DNA of 64,000 bases. Origin: the human T2T-CHM13v2.0 reference genome, Homo sapiens. The first letter of the stretch is position 1, and the number at the start of each line of letters is the position of its first letter. The notes beneath the pieces are model-generated. The model was not told the origin of the DNA. It saw only the letters and a list, made by a program, of their open reading frames with translations, and did no database searches. The DNA is taken from assembly GCF_009914755.1 (NCBI RefSeq), contig NC_060927.1; one strand, 5' to 3'. A program made the translations under genes and the position numbers. Positions 1-16,704 of this stretch are shown one piece after another.

Positions 1-285
1 CGTATTAGTCCTCTTAAAGTTTTGCCATAGCTTACTAATAATTTATTCATTATTTTGTGTCTTTCATTCTGCATAGTTTCCATTGCTGTGACTTAAATTT
101 CACTTGTCTTTTGTTTCTGCTGTATATAATTATGCTGTTAATCCCATACAGTGTTTACAGTGTTTTTTTTTCTTTTTTACCTCAGGCATTGTATTTTTTC
201 TCTCTAGGAGTTTGATTTGGTTCTCCTTTATAGTAAGTGTCTGCTAAGTATGCCCGTGTTTTCCTCTACCTTCTTGGAAGTATGA

Positions 286-672
<387 letters not shown>

Positions 673-1239
673 TAGTTTCAATTGATTTATTTTTCTCTTC
701 ATTATGCATTATATATTGCTACTTTTTTCATGCCTAGTAATTTTTTATTGGATGCCAGACATTGTATGAATTTCACCTCGTTGAGTCCTGAATATTTTTG
801 CACTTTAACAAATATTCTTGAGATTGTATCTGGGTTACAGTTAAGTTACTTGAGAAATGTTTCACCTGTTTGAGGCTTGCTTTTAAGCTTTGTTAGGCAG
901 GAGCAGAGTGATCTTTAATCTATAGTTAATTTTTCCACCATGGAGGCAAAACCCTTCTGAATGCTTTACCCTATACCATAAGAATTATGAGATTTTTCTA
1001 CTGTGGCTATTGAGAACAGGCACTATTCTTAGCCCTTTTGTCATTTGAGACTCAAGGGGGATCCTCTGTAGACTTCTGGAGCTCTTTGCGCAACTCTCTC
1101 CTCTCCAGTACTCTGACTTGTAATTTCTAGTCACTTTAGCCTCCGGTAAGTCCCAAGTCTGTCTGTCTCCTCAACTCAGTGAGGCTTCCAGGCTTCTCCT
1201 GAGTTTCTTTTTCCTGCTTTGTGGCTTGCACCGCTCTCC

Positions 1240-1277
1240 ATGTGGTAAGCCTATGTGGTAAGCCTATGTGGTAAGCT
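1240..1277. repeat. 13-bp tandem repeat (atgtggtaagcct) x3
   Basis: Three adjacent copies read directly. Confidence 0.85.
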
Positions 1278-1755
1278 CCATGTGGAGCAATTGTAGCATT
1301 CACCTTATTTGTTTCTTCTCTCCAAGGAATCACTGTCCCATATTGCCTGTTATCAAATATCTCAAAAAATATTTTAGATATCTTTTAACAAAATTTCTAA
1401 TTGTTTAAAGTGGGATAGGAAGTGTGTTACTCATATTTGCCTAAGTAGAAGTCCTAAAGCTTTTGATGTTTGCATGCTCATTTTATATATTACTGCCAGC
1501 TGAGTTTTTAAAATTATTATTATTATTTTCCACTTAATTTAGGGTCTTCCAGGTATAAATCATGTCACCTTCAAGTGAAGACAGTTTTATTTCATCTTTT
1601 TCTATTCTATGATCTTGTTTTTTGACCAATATAATTGCATTAGTTAGTTCCTACAGAACAATGTTAAATCATAGTTACCATACTTACCTTGTTCCTGACG
1701 TTAATGAAAAAATACCTACAAAGTTTTCATAAGTAAGATGCTTCTTTGGGATTGA

Positions 1756-2208
<453 letters not shown>

Positions 2209-2331
2209 TAAACCTATTAATATGGTGAATCATAGTAATAGATTTTCAAAAACTCACCCATTCTTGATTTGCTTGACTTTTATGTAACTCATATTCTAGT
2301 GCTTTAAACATTGATATCTCTGAAGTGCCCT

Positions 2332-2922
2332 TGTGTCACCGAACTAAACTGGGTCTATTTGCTTGTGTAATGGAAAGCCAAATACTAAAGTACCAGGTTT
2401 TTGCAGTGAGAAAGATTTATTTTGAGTCAGCTGACACAGACAGGAGGAAGTGCTTAAATCTACCTAGCTACTCAGGAGGCTGAGGTGGGAGGATCGCTTG
2501 AGCCCAGGAGGTCAAAGCTGCAGAGAGTAGTGTTTGCACGTCTGCACTCTGGCCTGGGTGACAGAGGGAGACCTTGTTTGAATCTGTCTCTCCAATCTGG
2601 AGGCTGGGTCAGATTTTATAGCCATAGAATAATGGGGTATGATCTGATTGGATCTTGCAAAGAGGTAGTGCTAACAGACATGATCTGACTGGATCCTGTT
2701 ATGGAGTGACATCAGGACTTTATCTGATTGGATCCTGGATCCTGCCATGTAGTGTCCACTACTTAATATAGTCCCCATTCCTTGCTCCTGAGCACTTAGG
2801 TTCTGCCCGTGGTTGCACACTTGGGTGTTCAGCTACGTGACCTTCAACCTGGGGGTCTATGGCAACTGAAAAACAACTTACAACTTTGTTACATAAAAGC
2901 TGAACCAGATTGGTCTGATACA
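2332..2922. mobile_element. Probable solo ERV LTR with an Alu fragment inserted (about 2465-2578)
   Basis: TG...CA ends, internal short repeats (atctgattggatc), Alu right-arm piece inside; family not assigned. Confidence 0.5.
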
Positions 2923-3462
2923 TTTACATTTTTGCATACTGAACTCACCCTTTCGTCAATCATCTGATAGAAGACTATTTTGATTTATCACATGGACTCC
3001 ATAAACTGCCATCCCCTATTCCATTTCTGGAACTTTAGACAGTTTACCACCCTGGTTGAGGATACAGCCTTGTGTTCCATTGTGTCAATTTATGAACCAA
3101 CATTTCTTGAGTAACTGCTGTTTTGCAAATGTCTCTTTTAAAGATTAATGTTTTAGTATTTTATGCGAATCCATATCAATTGCCATTGGTAGATCTTCTA
3201 TTTGCTTTATTAGTTGACACATTTTCACCTTAGTACAGTTAGTTAAATAAATATAGAACTTTTATTCTACTACTTTTGGGGTGTTAAAAGTTAAAAATTG
3301 TAACCCATCAGTGTTAGTTTTACTGTGATTAGGTGTTGGTTGTGAGGTATGAATTGATATTTAATTTTCTTCATAATAAAACCCAACTTTCCCAGCAATA
3401 TTTATTAAGTGATGATTCATATTTTCACTCTCCTATTCTTAATATTTCATATGTTAAACGTA

Positions 3463-3741
3463 TTTTTTTTTCCTATCACCTCTGTTGGAGTGCAGTGGCC
3501 TAATCATGACTCACTCTAACCTGGAACTCCTGTGTTCAAGTGATCCTCCCACCTCACCCTCCTAAGTAGCTAGGACTACAGGAACACACCACCATGCCCA
3601 GCTAATTTTTTGAAAAGTTTTTTTATAGATGAAGACTTGCTGTGTTGCCTAGGCTGGTCTCAAACTCCTGGCCTGAAGTGATCCTCCCACCTCAGCCTCC
3701 CAAAGTACTGGGATTACAGGCATGAGCCAACATGCCCAACC
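3463..3741 (-). mobile_element. Alu (AluJ-like)
   Basis: Diverged reverse Alu. Confidence 0.9.
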
Positions 3742-3869
3742 CATATGTTAAACTTTTTGAGAGATTAAGGCTTATTTCTAGAATTGCTATTGTGGTTCTT
3801 ATATTATCCATTCTTAACTTAGAACTATTTAGTTTTATAATTGGTATTTAAGGATGCATTTTTAAAAAA

Positions 3870-5290
3870 TAGTCTTTAATTTTTAGAGTAGTTTTAGGTT
3901 CCCAGCACAATTTAGCAGAAAGTACAGAGTTCCTATATACCCCTCACACCCCACCCCCACACAATCCCCCCAACTATCAACATCCAGCGCCAGAGTGGTA
4001 CATTTGTCACAATTTATAAACCTACATTGACACATCATTATCACCCAAAGCCCCTAGTTTATATTTGGGTTCACTCTGGCTGTTGTACATTCTATGGATT
4101 TTGACAATGTTTAATAATATGTATATACCATTACAGTATCACACAGAATAATTTCACTGCCCTAAAAACTCTCTGTGCTCTGCTATTCATCCTCCCTCTT
4201 GGCAACAGCTGATCTTTTTACTGTCTCCATAACTTTGCCTTTTCCAGAATGTCATATAGTTGAAATCATACTGTATTTTGCCTTTTCAGATTGACTTTTT
4301 TCACTTAGTAATATGCCTTACGTTTCCTCTGTGGTTTTGTGTGTGTGTGTCTTGATAACTCATTTCTTTTTAGCACTAAATGATAGTCCCTTGTTTGAAT
4401 GTACTGTAGATTATGTATCCATTCACCTACTGCAGGACATCTTGGTTGCTTCCAAGCTTTGGCAATTATGAATAAAGCTGCTATAAATATTTATGTGCAG
4501 ATTTTTGCATGGGCAAAAGTTGTCAAGTCATTTGGGTAAATACCAATGAGCATGACTGCTGGATCATATGAGAGGAGTATGTTTAGATTTGTAAGAAACT
4601 GCAAGACTGTCTTCAAAGTAGCTGTACCATTTTGCATTCCCATCAACAACAAATGAGTGTTCCTGTTGCTCCACATCCTTGCCAGCATTTGGTGTTGCCA
4701 ATGTTCTGGATTTTCACCATTCTAACAGGCGTATAGGGTAGCTCATTGTTGTTTTGTTTTTATTTTTATTTATTTATTTTTTGAGCTGGGGTCTCGCTCT
4801 GTCCCCCAGGCTGGAGTGCAGTGGCACAATCACTTACTGCAGCCGCAACCTCCTGGGATCAAGTGATCCTTCCACCTCAGCCTCCCTGGTAGCTGGGACT
4901 ATAATCCACCACACCTGGCTTATTTTGTTTATTTTTTGTAGAGATGAGGTCTCACTATATTGTCCAGGTCTTGAAGTCCTGGGCTCAAGAAATCCTCCCT
5001 TCTCAGTCTCCTAAAGTACTAGGATTACAGGCTGGTGTGAGCCACTTCACCCTGCTTCATTGTTGTTTGAATTTGCAACTCACTAACATGACATTGTGCA
5101 TCTTTTCATATGCTTATTTACTGTCTGTATATCCTCCTTGGTGAAGTGTCTGTTCACATCTTTTGCTCATTTTAAAATTTGGTGTTTTTTTAAAAAATTG
5201 TTGACTTTTAAGAGTTCTTTGTATGTTTTAGATAACACTTCTTTTTATCAGATATATCTTTTGCAAAAATTTTCTCCCAGTCTGTGGAAA
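3870..5290 (-). mobile_element. Old L1 (L1MC/MD-like) 3' fragment, interrupted by an Alu at about 4760-5055
   Basis: ttttagagtagttttaggtt..., gacatcttggttgcttccaag, ccacatccttgccagcatttgg: L1 3' UTR and ORF2-end motifs. Confidence 0.8.
4760..5055 (-). mobile_element. Alu (AluJ-like)
   Basis: Diverged reverse Alu. Confidence 0.88.
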
Positions 5291-5629
5291 GATGCATTTT
5301 AAAGTGTAGCAAGCCAAGTTCCTAATCATTTCCTTTGGTATTATCTTTTTAAAAATATCTACATTTTGCTTTCATTTTACCAAATTTTATAGTTTATCAT
5401 GTTAGTGTCTTGAGATTAAGTTTTATTTTATTATATCTATAATTACCTTGGAGACTATTATTATTTGTAATATATTTATGCAAGAGCAGAGGATATCTGT
5501 TGAGGCTTATTTTTGCCATTAAAATTAAGTTATTCTGTTACTATGAGCTAATGTATCATATCTATATATTTTCTAGGAATTGGTTTATTGATTTTTTTTT
5601 TGGTTTATTGATTCTTGTTTTTTGGTACC

Positions 5630-7080
<1,451 letters not shown>

Positions 7081-7120
7081 TTTTTTATTTTCACAAAATG
7101 TATTATTTGTAAGGCATAAC

Positions 7121-7805
<685 letters not shown>

Positions 7806-8443
7806 CCAAATAATATATTGAAGCAAAGTATACATATCAGTATACATATCTGATTTTTGTTTTATTTTGATTTTTACTACTTCTAAGGAGAGTGACTTCT
7901 TCTTCACTGTGAATACTGTTGACTTTGACTCTTTATTATGCTAAGGGAAAGTTCCTTTATTTCTCTTTCAAAGATAAAAAACAATGAAAAATGGAAGTCA
8001 GAGTCTCTATTGTCCCCTTCCTTTGTGATAAAAGTCTACTTAAACCCAGTCTTCTTTCTGAATATGCAACACTTTTGTGTCTTGGTTACATCTGTAGACT
8101 GCCCTTTTGTTATGCACTAACAGAAACTTTCTTTGCGGTAAAATGTTGTAGCTCTATTAATTTAAATCAGTGGATGATCGCCATCATTTACTATCATGTT
8201 TGTTACTTTTTTCCCCATGATTTGGTGAGTAAATCTGACTTTACAAAATATAATGTTTAACTTTATGCAATATTTTAGCCAATGAGTTACCATTTTCCTT
8301 GTTATTAAAAGAATAAAGCAATGAGTCAAATCTATATTCTTCCAAAGTATTTAAAAATAGGAAGTAATATAAAGGCCAAATCCTTTCAAATCTCAAATCA
8401 GATATAAAAATATCCTGAGTGTTTCTGTCTCCTTAAAAATCAG

Positions 8444-8711
8444 TAAGTTGGAACATTCAGGCACAAAAGTAATACTTTCCAGAAGAGTGGATAAAATGGA
8501 AGAAGTGGAAATGGATGAAATAGATGAATTTGCAAAAGAGATCCTTTACAAGTCTGTCTTTTGGTTGCACTTCACAATATCCAAGACATCATGACTGAGA
8601 ACATGCTATCCTTGCTCATGGAGTCTGTTACTGGCCTGCCAGAAGCCAATGGTGACTTCAGGGTGGGAGTAACACACAACATTAAAGTTGTCACTTTTCT
8701 TAAAAATATTG
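8444..8711 (+). pseudogene. Decayed PARP14-like exon (RRM2 region)
   Basis: Translates as EHSGTKVILSRRVDKMEE / frameshift / [50 protein letters not shown]; recalled PARP14 reads [50 protein letters not shown]. Confidence 0.8.
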
Positions 8712-8712
8712 G

Positions 8713-9018
8713 GGCCAGGCACAGTGGCTCACGCCTGTAATCCCAGCACTTTGGGAGGCCGAGGCGGGCAGATCACGAGGTGAGGAAATCAAGACCATCC
8801 TGGCGAACATGGTGAAACTACGTCTCTACTAAAAATACAAATATTAGCTGGGCATGGTGGCACATGCCTGTAATCCCCACTACTCAGGAGGCTGAGGCAG
8901 GAGAATTGCTTGAACCAGGGAGGCGGTTATTGCAGTGAGCCGAGCCGAGATTGCTCCACTGCACTCCAGCCTGGTGACAGAGCGAGACTCTGTCTCAAAA
9001 AAAAAAAAAAAAAAAAAG
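8713..9018 (+). mobile_element. Alu (AluSc-like) inserted at the 3' end of the pseudo-exon
   Basis: Full Alu with polyA tail. Confidence 0.93.
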
Positions 9019-9118
9019 GTATTGATAAGACAGACTATAGCTTTCACCTTTCATTTGCAAACTATGGTTGCATGCTACTTTGAGATTCCAGGCGTCCCAC
9101 AATGGGTCTTCATTAAAA

Positions 9119-9867
9119 GAATGAGATACCATCTCACGCCAATCAGAATGGTGATTATTAAAAAGTCAAGAAACAATAGATGCTGGTGAGTTTGCAGAGA
9201 AATAAGAATGCTTTTACACTGTTGTTGGGAATGTAAATTAGTTCAACCGTTGTGGAAGATGGTGTAGTGATTCCTCAAAGATCTAGAACCAGAAATACCA
9301 TTTGACCCAGCAATCCCATTACTGGGTATGTATCCAAAGGAATATAAATCATTCTGTTACAAAGATACATGCATACATATGTTCATTACAGCACTTTTCA
9401 CAATAGCAAAGACATGGAATCAACCCAGATGCCCAATGATGATAGACTGAATAAAGAAAATATGGTACATATATATCATGGAATACTATACTGCCATAAA
9501 AAGGATGAGATCATGTTCTTTGCAGGGACATGGATGGAGCTGGAAGCCATTATCCTCAGCAAACTAACACAGGAACAGAAAACCAAACACCACATGTTCT
9601 CACTTATAAGCTGGAGCTGAACAGTGAGAACACATGAATACAGGGAAGGGAACAGCACACACTGGGGCCTGTCTGGGAGTGAGGTGGGGGAAGGGAGAAC
9701 ATTAGGAAAAATAGCTAATGCACACTGGGCTTAATACTGAGGTGATGGGTATTTAGGTGCAGCAAACCACCACGGCAAACATTTACCTATGTAACAAACC
9801 TGCACATCCTGCACATGTACCACAGAACTTAAAATAAATATTAAAATTAAAATTAAAAAAAAAAAAG
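9119..9867 (+). mobile_element. 5'-truncated L1PA (older) ORF2 end plus 3' UTR
   Basis: MRYHLTPIRMVIIKKSRNNRCW, GTWMELEAIILSKL, A-rich tail. Confidence 0.93.
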
Positions 9868-10212
9868 AAAACCAGACAAGGCAAAGGAAGAGGGGAAAGT
9901 CAAGCATGCACATAGCACTGTTCTAACCATTAAACTAATGTTAACTCTTTTAATCTTCTTACAAGGCAAGTAGTATCATTATCCTCACTTTCTGGGTGAG
10001 GAAACTAAGGCATAGAGAAGTTAAATGACTTGCCCAAAGTCACACATTCAGTAATGGTGGAGCTGGGATTCAAATCCCAGGCAACCCTTGCTTTTAAGCC
10101 TTACACTAAATGGCCTTATTAATGCTACAGCAAGAATTCAAAATCAAATCTCTCTGACTCCAATGTGTGTGCCCTTATCCACTATGCCAGGAATGAGCTC
10201 TGCTACTTCATT

Positions 10213-10290
10213 TTTGTAAATCATTTTATCTTCTAGTCACCTTGAACATTCAATTTGTAAATCACTTTATCTTCTAGTCACCTTGAACAT
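10213..10290. repeat. Tandem duplication, two 37-bp copies with period 41
   Basis: tttgtaaatca(t/c)tttatcttctagtcaccttgaacat at 10213 and 10254. Confidence 0.9.
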
Positions 10291-10309
10291 ATATATATGT
10301 ATAGACTAA

Positions 10310-10822
<513 letters not shown>

Positions 10823-11997
10823 TAACCATGCATTTGTACATCTTTTGATGCATATATGCAAATATATAGATAAAATGATACTAATGTATAGGACATTATA
10901 CATACATACATTTTTATTATAAACACATTTGTTTTCTCTAGTGTTTTACTTTTTCTTCTGTGTTCACTCCCTCAGCCTTTCCCAGCCCCACCTGCCCCAA
11001 ACTGGGAAATCAATTTTACTACAAAATCACAAGTATATATTTACATTTATAGAAATTTTGTCGCTTGTTTTGAAAAGGTAGAATCCTATAAGAAAAAAAA
11101 AAGTTGTGCTCTTTCTAACACTCAGTAAGAGAGAATTGTGAGGGAAATATGCATAATTACTTCTGCTACTACTAATAGCTAACATGTATTAAGCACTTAC
11201 TCTATGCCAGGCACTGTGCTTAGACTTTTACTTACCCTATCTTAAAACATATAGCAATATGAGATAGGTACTATTAGTAAGAATGAAATTGGGGGTTAGA
11301 GAGGATTGAATGACATATTCACAGTCACACAGCTAGTACCTGTTTCAGAATTCCATGTTAGACATCCTGACTTCTGAGTGTATTTTCTTAACTGCTATGT
11401 ACATCCCCTCAAATTGCCAGTGAGTTTTAATAGTGAAGCTATATGACATGGCTGTTGTCAGGGATCACTTGAGCCAAGGAGTTTAAGGTTACAGTGAGCT
11501 ATGATGGGACACTGCATTCCAGCCTAGGCAACAGAAAAACAACAACAACAACAAAGAATCAGATATTTATGACTTTATAATCATGACATGTCCAAATAGA
11601 TATCAAGGTATGGGTAAGTTTGTATGGGAGACAAAGATAAATCAGATTGAGAAAACAATATTGTGTAACAATTATTACTATTATCATATTACAAAGTAGC
11701 TCCATGTCCTTGATTACACTTGGAGAGGTAACTGTTGATCCTGTTCCCCAAACGATCTCAAATTGGAAGTCATTGTTAAAGATTGCTGTGTATTCAGGGT
11801 AGGCAACGTAGGGTAAGTTGAAATTGATATAGGGTAGGGGAGGTTGAAATTGACGTTGTGAAATCTAACTTTACATAGAAATTAGCATCTAATTTTAATT
11901 TGTGGTTATCGCCTCTAAATCAAATTACTTTTAAAAATCTATTTTCTTCTAATATGAAGTAAAATTACAATACCAATAAGTTGATTTTTACTTCTAG

Positions 11998-12235
11998 ATG
12001 TCAACACATTTATTAATGTTTGTGATGGACACCATGGAAGTTCAGCAACTTCAGATTTCCTCAGAACCTTTGGAACAGACAACAACCATTAAGATTGAAA
12101 ATATGCCACTTGATGTTGAATGTAATTACATAACAATTTTCTTCAAAAATCCCAAAAATGGAAGAGAAAGAGTAACCAATGTTCAGTATTTCCCAGAGGA
12201 GGGTTCAGCCCTGGTTGAGTTTTCTGACTACAAAG
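11998..12235 (+). pseudogene. Decayed PARP14-like exon (RRM3 region)
   Basis: Intact ttctag| acceptor; QLQISSEPLEQTTTIKIENMP...FFKNPKNGRERVTNVQYFPEEGSALVEFSDYK versus recalled PARP14 QLQLSPRLLEVTNTIRVENLP...[32 protein letters not shown]; +1 frameshift near 12039; donor position reads GA. Confidence 0.88.
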
Positions 12236-12799
12236 GATTAATTTCTCTTCCTTCTTGATGTTCAAAGTGGTTATTCAGCTTTTAATGCATGGATGAAGTC
12301 AGATTAGAGGCTGCACAGGTGATAAGGAAACCCATCAAAGCCACAACATTCTTACTGGAATATGCTGTGAATTAACTCAAGCTTTGAACAGGTTCTATGG
12401 GGATCTAGCTAAAGGAATTGTTTTTTTTTCCGCAGTAACAAAACAAAAGCTTCCCTTGACCCCAATTTCCACATAGCTACTACTTCATTTCTTTGCTTCC
12501 CTTTGCAGCAAAATTTCTTGATCGAAATTTGTCTACCTCACCCCCATTTCCTCTCCCCCCATTCTTTCTTAAATCCATTCCAGACAGGCTTTTACCTCCA
12601 GTGTTCCACCAAAGCTGTTCTTGTCAAAGTCACAAATGATCTCCACTTTGCTGGACTCAATATCCTCTTTTCAGTCCTCCTTTTACTCGATCTCTTAGCA
12701 GCATTTCATACAATTGATGGCTCCTTCCTCCTAAATACAGGTTTTTCACTCGCTGCTAGGACACCATACTTTTCGGTGTTGTCCTACCTCAGTGGCTGC

Positions 12800-13085
12800 T
12801 TTTTGTTGGTTTGTTTTGAGACTTTAGTCTTGCTCTGCTGCCCAGGCTAGAGGGCAGTAGCACGATCTTGGCCCACTGCCACTTCCCCCTCCCTTTTCAG
12901 CCTCCCTAGTAGTTGGGACTACAGGCATGCACCACCACACCCAGCTAATTTTTGTATTTTTTTTGTAGAGACAGGGTTTTGCCACAGTGCCCAGGGTGGT
13001 CCCAAACTCATGAGCTCTAGCAATCCGCCTGCCTTGGCCTCCCAAAGTGTTGGGATTACAGGCATGAGCCACCACGCTGGCTTGG
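12800..13085 (-). mobile_element. Alu (AluJ-like, internally deleted)
   Basis: Reverse Alu. Confidence 0.85.
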
Positions 13086-13327
13086 CTGCTCATTTTTATT
13101 CTTCTTTTCTCATTCTTCTTCTTTCCTCCAGTTCTTAATGTGGGACTTAGTCCTTGGTTCTTTTTTTCCTCTTTCTCTACACTCTCTAGGATCTAGTGGC
13201 ATTAAATACTGTGTACCTATGGCTCAGTTTTTATCTGCAGTCAAGACTCTCTCCTAAACTCCAGTATCTATGCTCATCGCCCAGAAGACTTCCATACCTG
13301 GTTGTCTAAAAGAATATGCATAAACAT

Positions 13328-13680
<353 letters not shown>

Positions 13681-14227
13681 TCATCAACTTGCATTACCCA
13701 TGGCCTTTCCCATGTCAGCGGATAGCAACTCTATCCTCCTAGTTGCTCAGACCAAAGCCCAGGAGTCATCTTGACTCTTCTGTTTCTCTCATATCCTCTA
13801 TTTTCCTTTGGGAAATCCTGTTCACCTTCAAGATATATTCAGAATCTGATCACTTGTCAAATAAAACATAAAGCATTTAGAAAATGGAATGAACCATTTT
13901 AAAGACAGTAACATTTTCTTGAAGGGTTTACCATGCACAAAATAGCTTATACTTATACTTTGGATAATATGACCAAATAAACATCATTTTTTAATGGCTG
14001 TACCTCACCTGCATGTCCCTTCCCAACTGTGATCATGAGGAAGAAGTGGTGAAGCCAAAAAGTATCCCTGAAACTATAGGTGGGAAGAGAACACTGGGGG
14101 AAAAGTCAGAGGATAGAAGCAGATATTAGGATCTTCCTCACATAGCTTCAATGAAAACCAGTCAGGTAGGAGAGCTAAAAGTTGAGAGGCTATCTACGAA
14201 GAAAAGGAGCTTAACTTTCAATAGTGG

Positions 14228-14590
14228 TGTCTTAGTCTGTTCAGGCTACTACAACAAAATACCTTAGACCAGGTAATATATAAGCAACATAAACGTATTG
14301 CTCATAGTTCTGGCGATTGGAAAGTCCAAGATCAAAACACTAGCAGATTTAGTGTCTGATGAGGGCTTATTTTCTCTTCCAAAGATGGCACATTCTTGCT
14401 GTGTCCTCACGTGGCAGAGAGGTAGAAGGCTTCTGAAAGCCTTTTTAAAATAATGGCACTAATCCCATTCATGAGGGCTCCACACTTATGACCTAATCAC
14501 CTCTTAAAGGCCCCATCTCTTAATAATACCACAATGGAAATTAGGTTTCAACATCAGTTTTGGAGGGACACAAACATTCAGACCATAGCA
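14228..14590. mobile_element. MaLR solo LTR (MST/MLT1A-like)
   Basis: tgtcttagtctgttcaggct...cattcagaccatagca flanked by 5-bp TSD agtgg. Confidence 0.88.
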
Positions 14591-14611
14591 AGTGGTTTTT
14601 TTTTCTTTTTT

Positions 14612-14807
14612 AAAATTATTATTATACTTTAAGTTTTAGGGTACATGTGCACAATGTGCAGGTTAGTTACATATGTATACATGTGCCATGCTGGTGTACT
14701 GCACCCATTAACTCGTCATCCTGATCTCGAACTCCCAACCGCAGGTGATCTGCCCGCCTTGGCCTCCCAAAGTGCTGGGATTACAGATGTGAGTCACCGC
14801 GCCCAGC
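14612..14807 (-). mobile_element. Chimera: Alu 5' 87 nt fused to a young L1PA 3' end
   Basis: L1 tail 14612-14719 abuts Alu left-arm start 14721-14807; flanked by T9CT5 direct repeats. Confidence 0.85.
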
Positions 14808-15006
14808 TTTTTTTTTCTTTTTCCACAATACATCCTAAGAAATATATTTTATATCCCAGACCATACCTTATATTAAAAGAACAGTATTTGTTGCAATTTG
14901 GAAAAATAAATTTTGTTGCAATATGTGCATTCGCTGCTAAGGAATAGATGCATTTTCTTTTCTAGTCTATAGATATAGATTTTATATATAGGCATATTAT
15001 AATATA

Positions 15007-15295
15007 CACAGAGTTGTTCCTCAGTATCCACAGGGGATAGATTCTTGGACCCCAAGCAATGCCAAAATCCATGGATCCTCAAGTCCCTTATGTAAAATGG
15101 CCTAGTATTTGCATGTAACCTACATGCATCCTTCTATATACTTTAAGTCATCTCTAGATTACTTTATAATACCTAATGCAGTGTAAATGCTATGTAAATA
15201 GTTGTTATACTGTATTTTTATTTATTTTTCACTGTTGTGTTATTTTGTATTTTTAAAAAAATATTTTCAATCAATGGTTGGTTGAACCCATGGAT
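15007..15295. mobile_element. MER2-like (Tigger) DNA transposon fragment
   Basis: caaaatccatggat..ctcaagtccctta..., tttaagtcatctctagattact..., aaatgctatgtaaatagttgttatactgta. Confidence 0.8.
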
Positions 15296-15479
15296 ATATA
15301 TTTACATGTTTTTTGTTAAGACCTTTAAATTTCATATTGCTGGTATAGTGGTTAGAGCTTGGCTCTCAGCAATTACTTTGCTAAAAAGGATTAGGGGATG
15401 GGAGTTTCAGCCTTATCCCCACTGTCTCTACCAGCCTGCCTCCTCAAGCCATCCTATATAAGCATACAATTTATATTTT

Positions 15480-15990
15480 TACTTTTCTATTGCTACATAA
15501 CAAATTACCACAAAACTTGGGTGTTTTAGATAACAAACATTTATTATCTCACACTTTCTGTGATCAGGAATTTGAGAGCAGCTTAGCTGGGTGATTCTGG
15601 CTCAGTATCTATCATGACGTGGTTATTCAGTTGTTGGTTGGGGCTGCAGTCATCGTAGGCTTGACTGCGACTGGAGAGTCTGCTTCTGAGCCCACTCACA
15701 TGGCTCCTGTCAGACACTACAGTCCCTTGACTTTGAGGGCCTCTCCATAGGGCTGTTCATAAATGGCAGCTGACTTCCCCCAGATTGAGTTATCTGTGGG
15801 AGGAAGAGGGAAAGAGAGAGAGAGAAAGAGAGGCCATGAGAGCGCAGAAAGCTGCAGTGCTTTTCATACACCAGCCTCAGAAGTGACATAGCGTCAATTC
15901 TGCCATATTTTGTTGGTCACACAGCCAACTCTGATATGATATGGAAGGAGACTACGCAAAGGCTCAATGACCAGGAAGTAGGAATTGAGA
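15480..15990. mobile_element. MaLR LTR (MLT1-like)
   Basis: ctattgctacataacaaattaccacaaaac..., cagcttagctgggtgattctggctc. Confidence 0.7.
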
Positions 15991-16114
15991 GTGATCTTAC
16001 TTTCACTATCCAAGAAGGTACAGCTTCAAGACAGTCTCCCTTCACCACCCTCTACTTCTAGCCAGATTGTCACACCTAAGCCATCTATATAGAAATATTA
16101 GAGCACCATGGTCC

Positions 16115-16633
<519 letters not shown>

Positions 16634-16704
16634 AATCCCAAATGTATAGATCTAAATCCTTCCAGATTTTATTAGCTGGATAACAATGGCAAAGTTACTT
16701 TCTG

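Noticed and set aside
7940-8230. Possible relics of the small upstream PARP14-like exons
   Set aside because: Acceptor- and donor-like motifs exist, but I found no recognisable translation match
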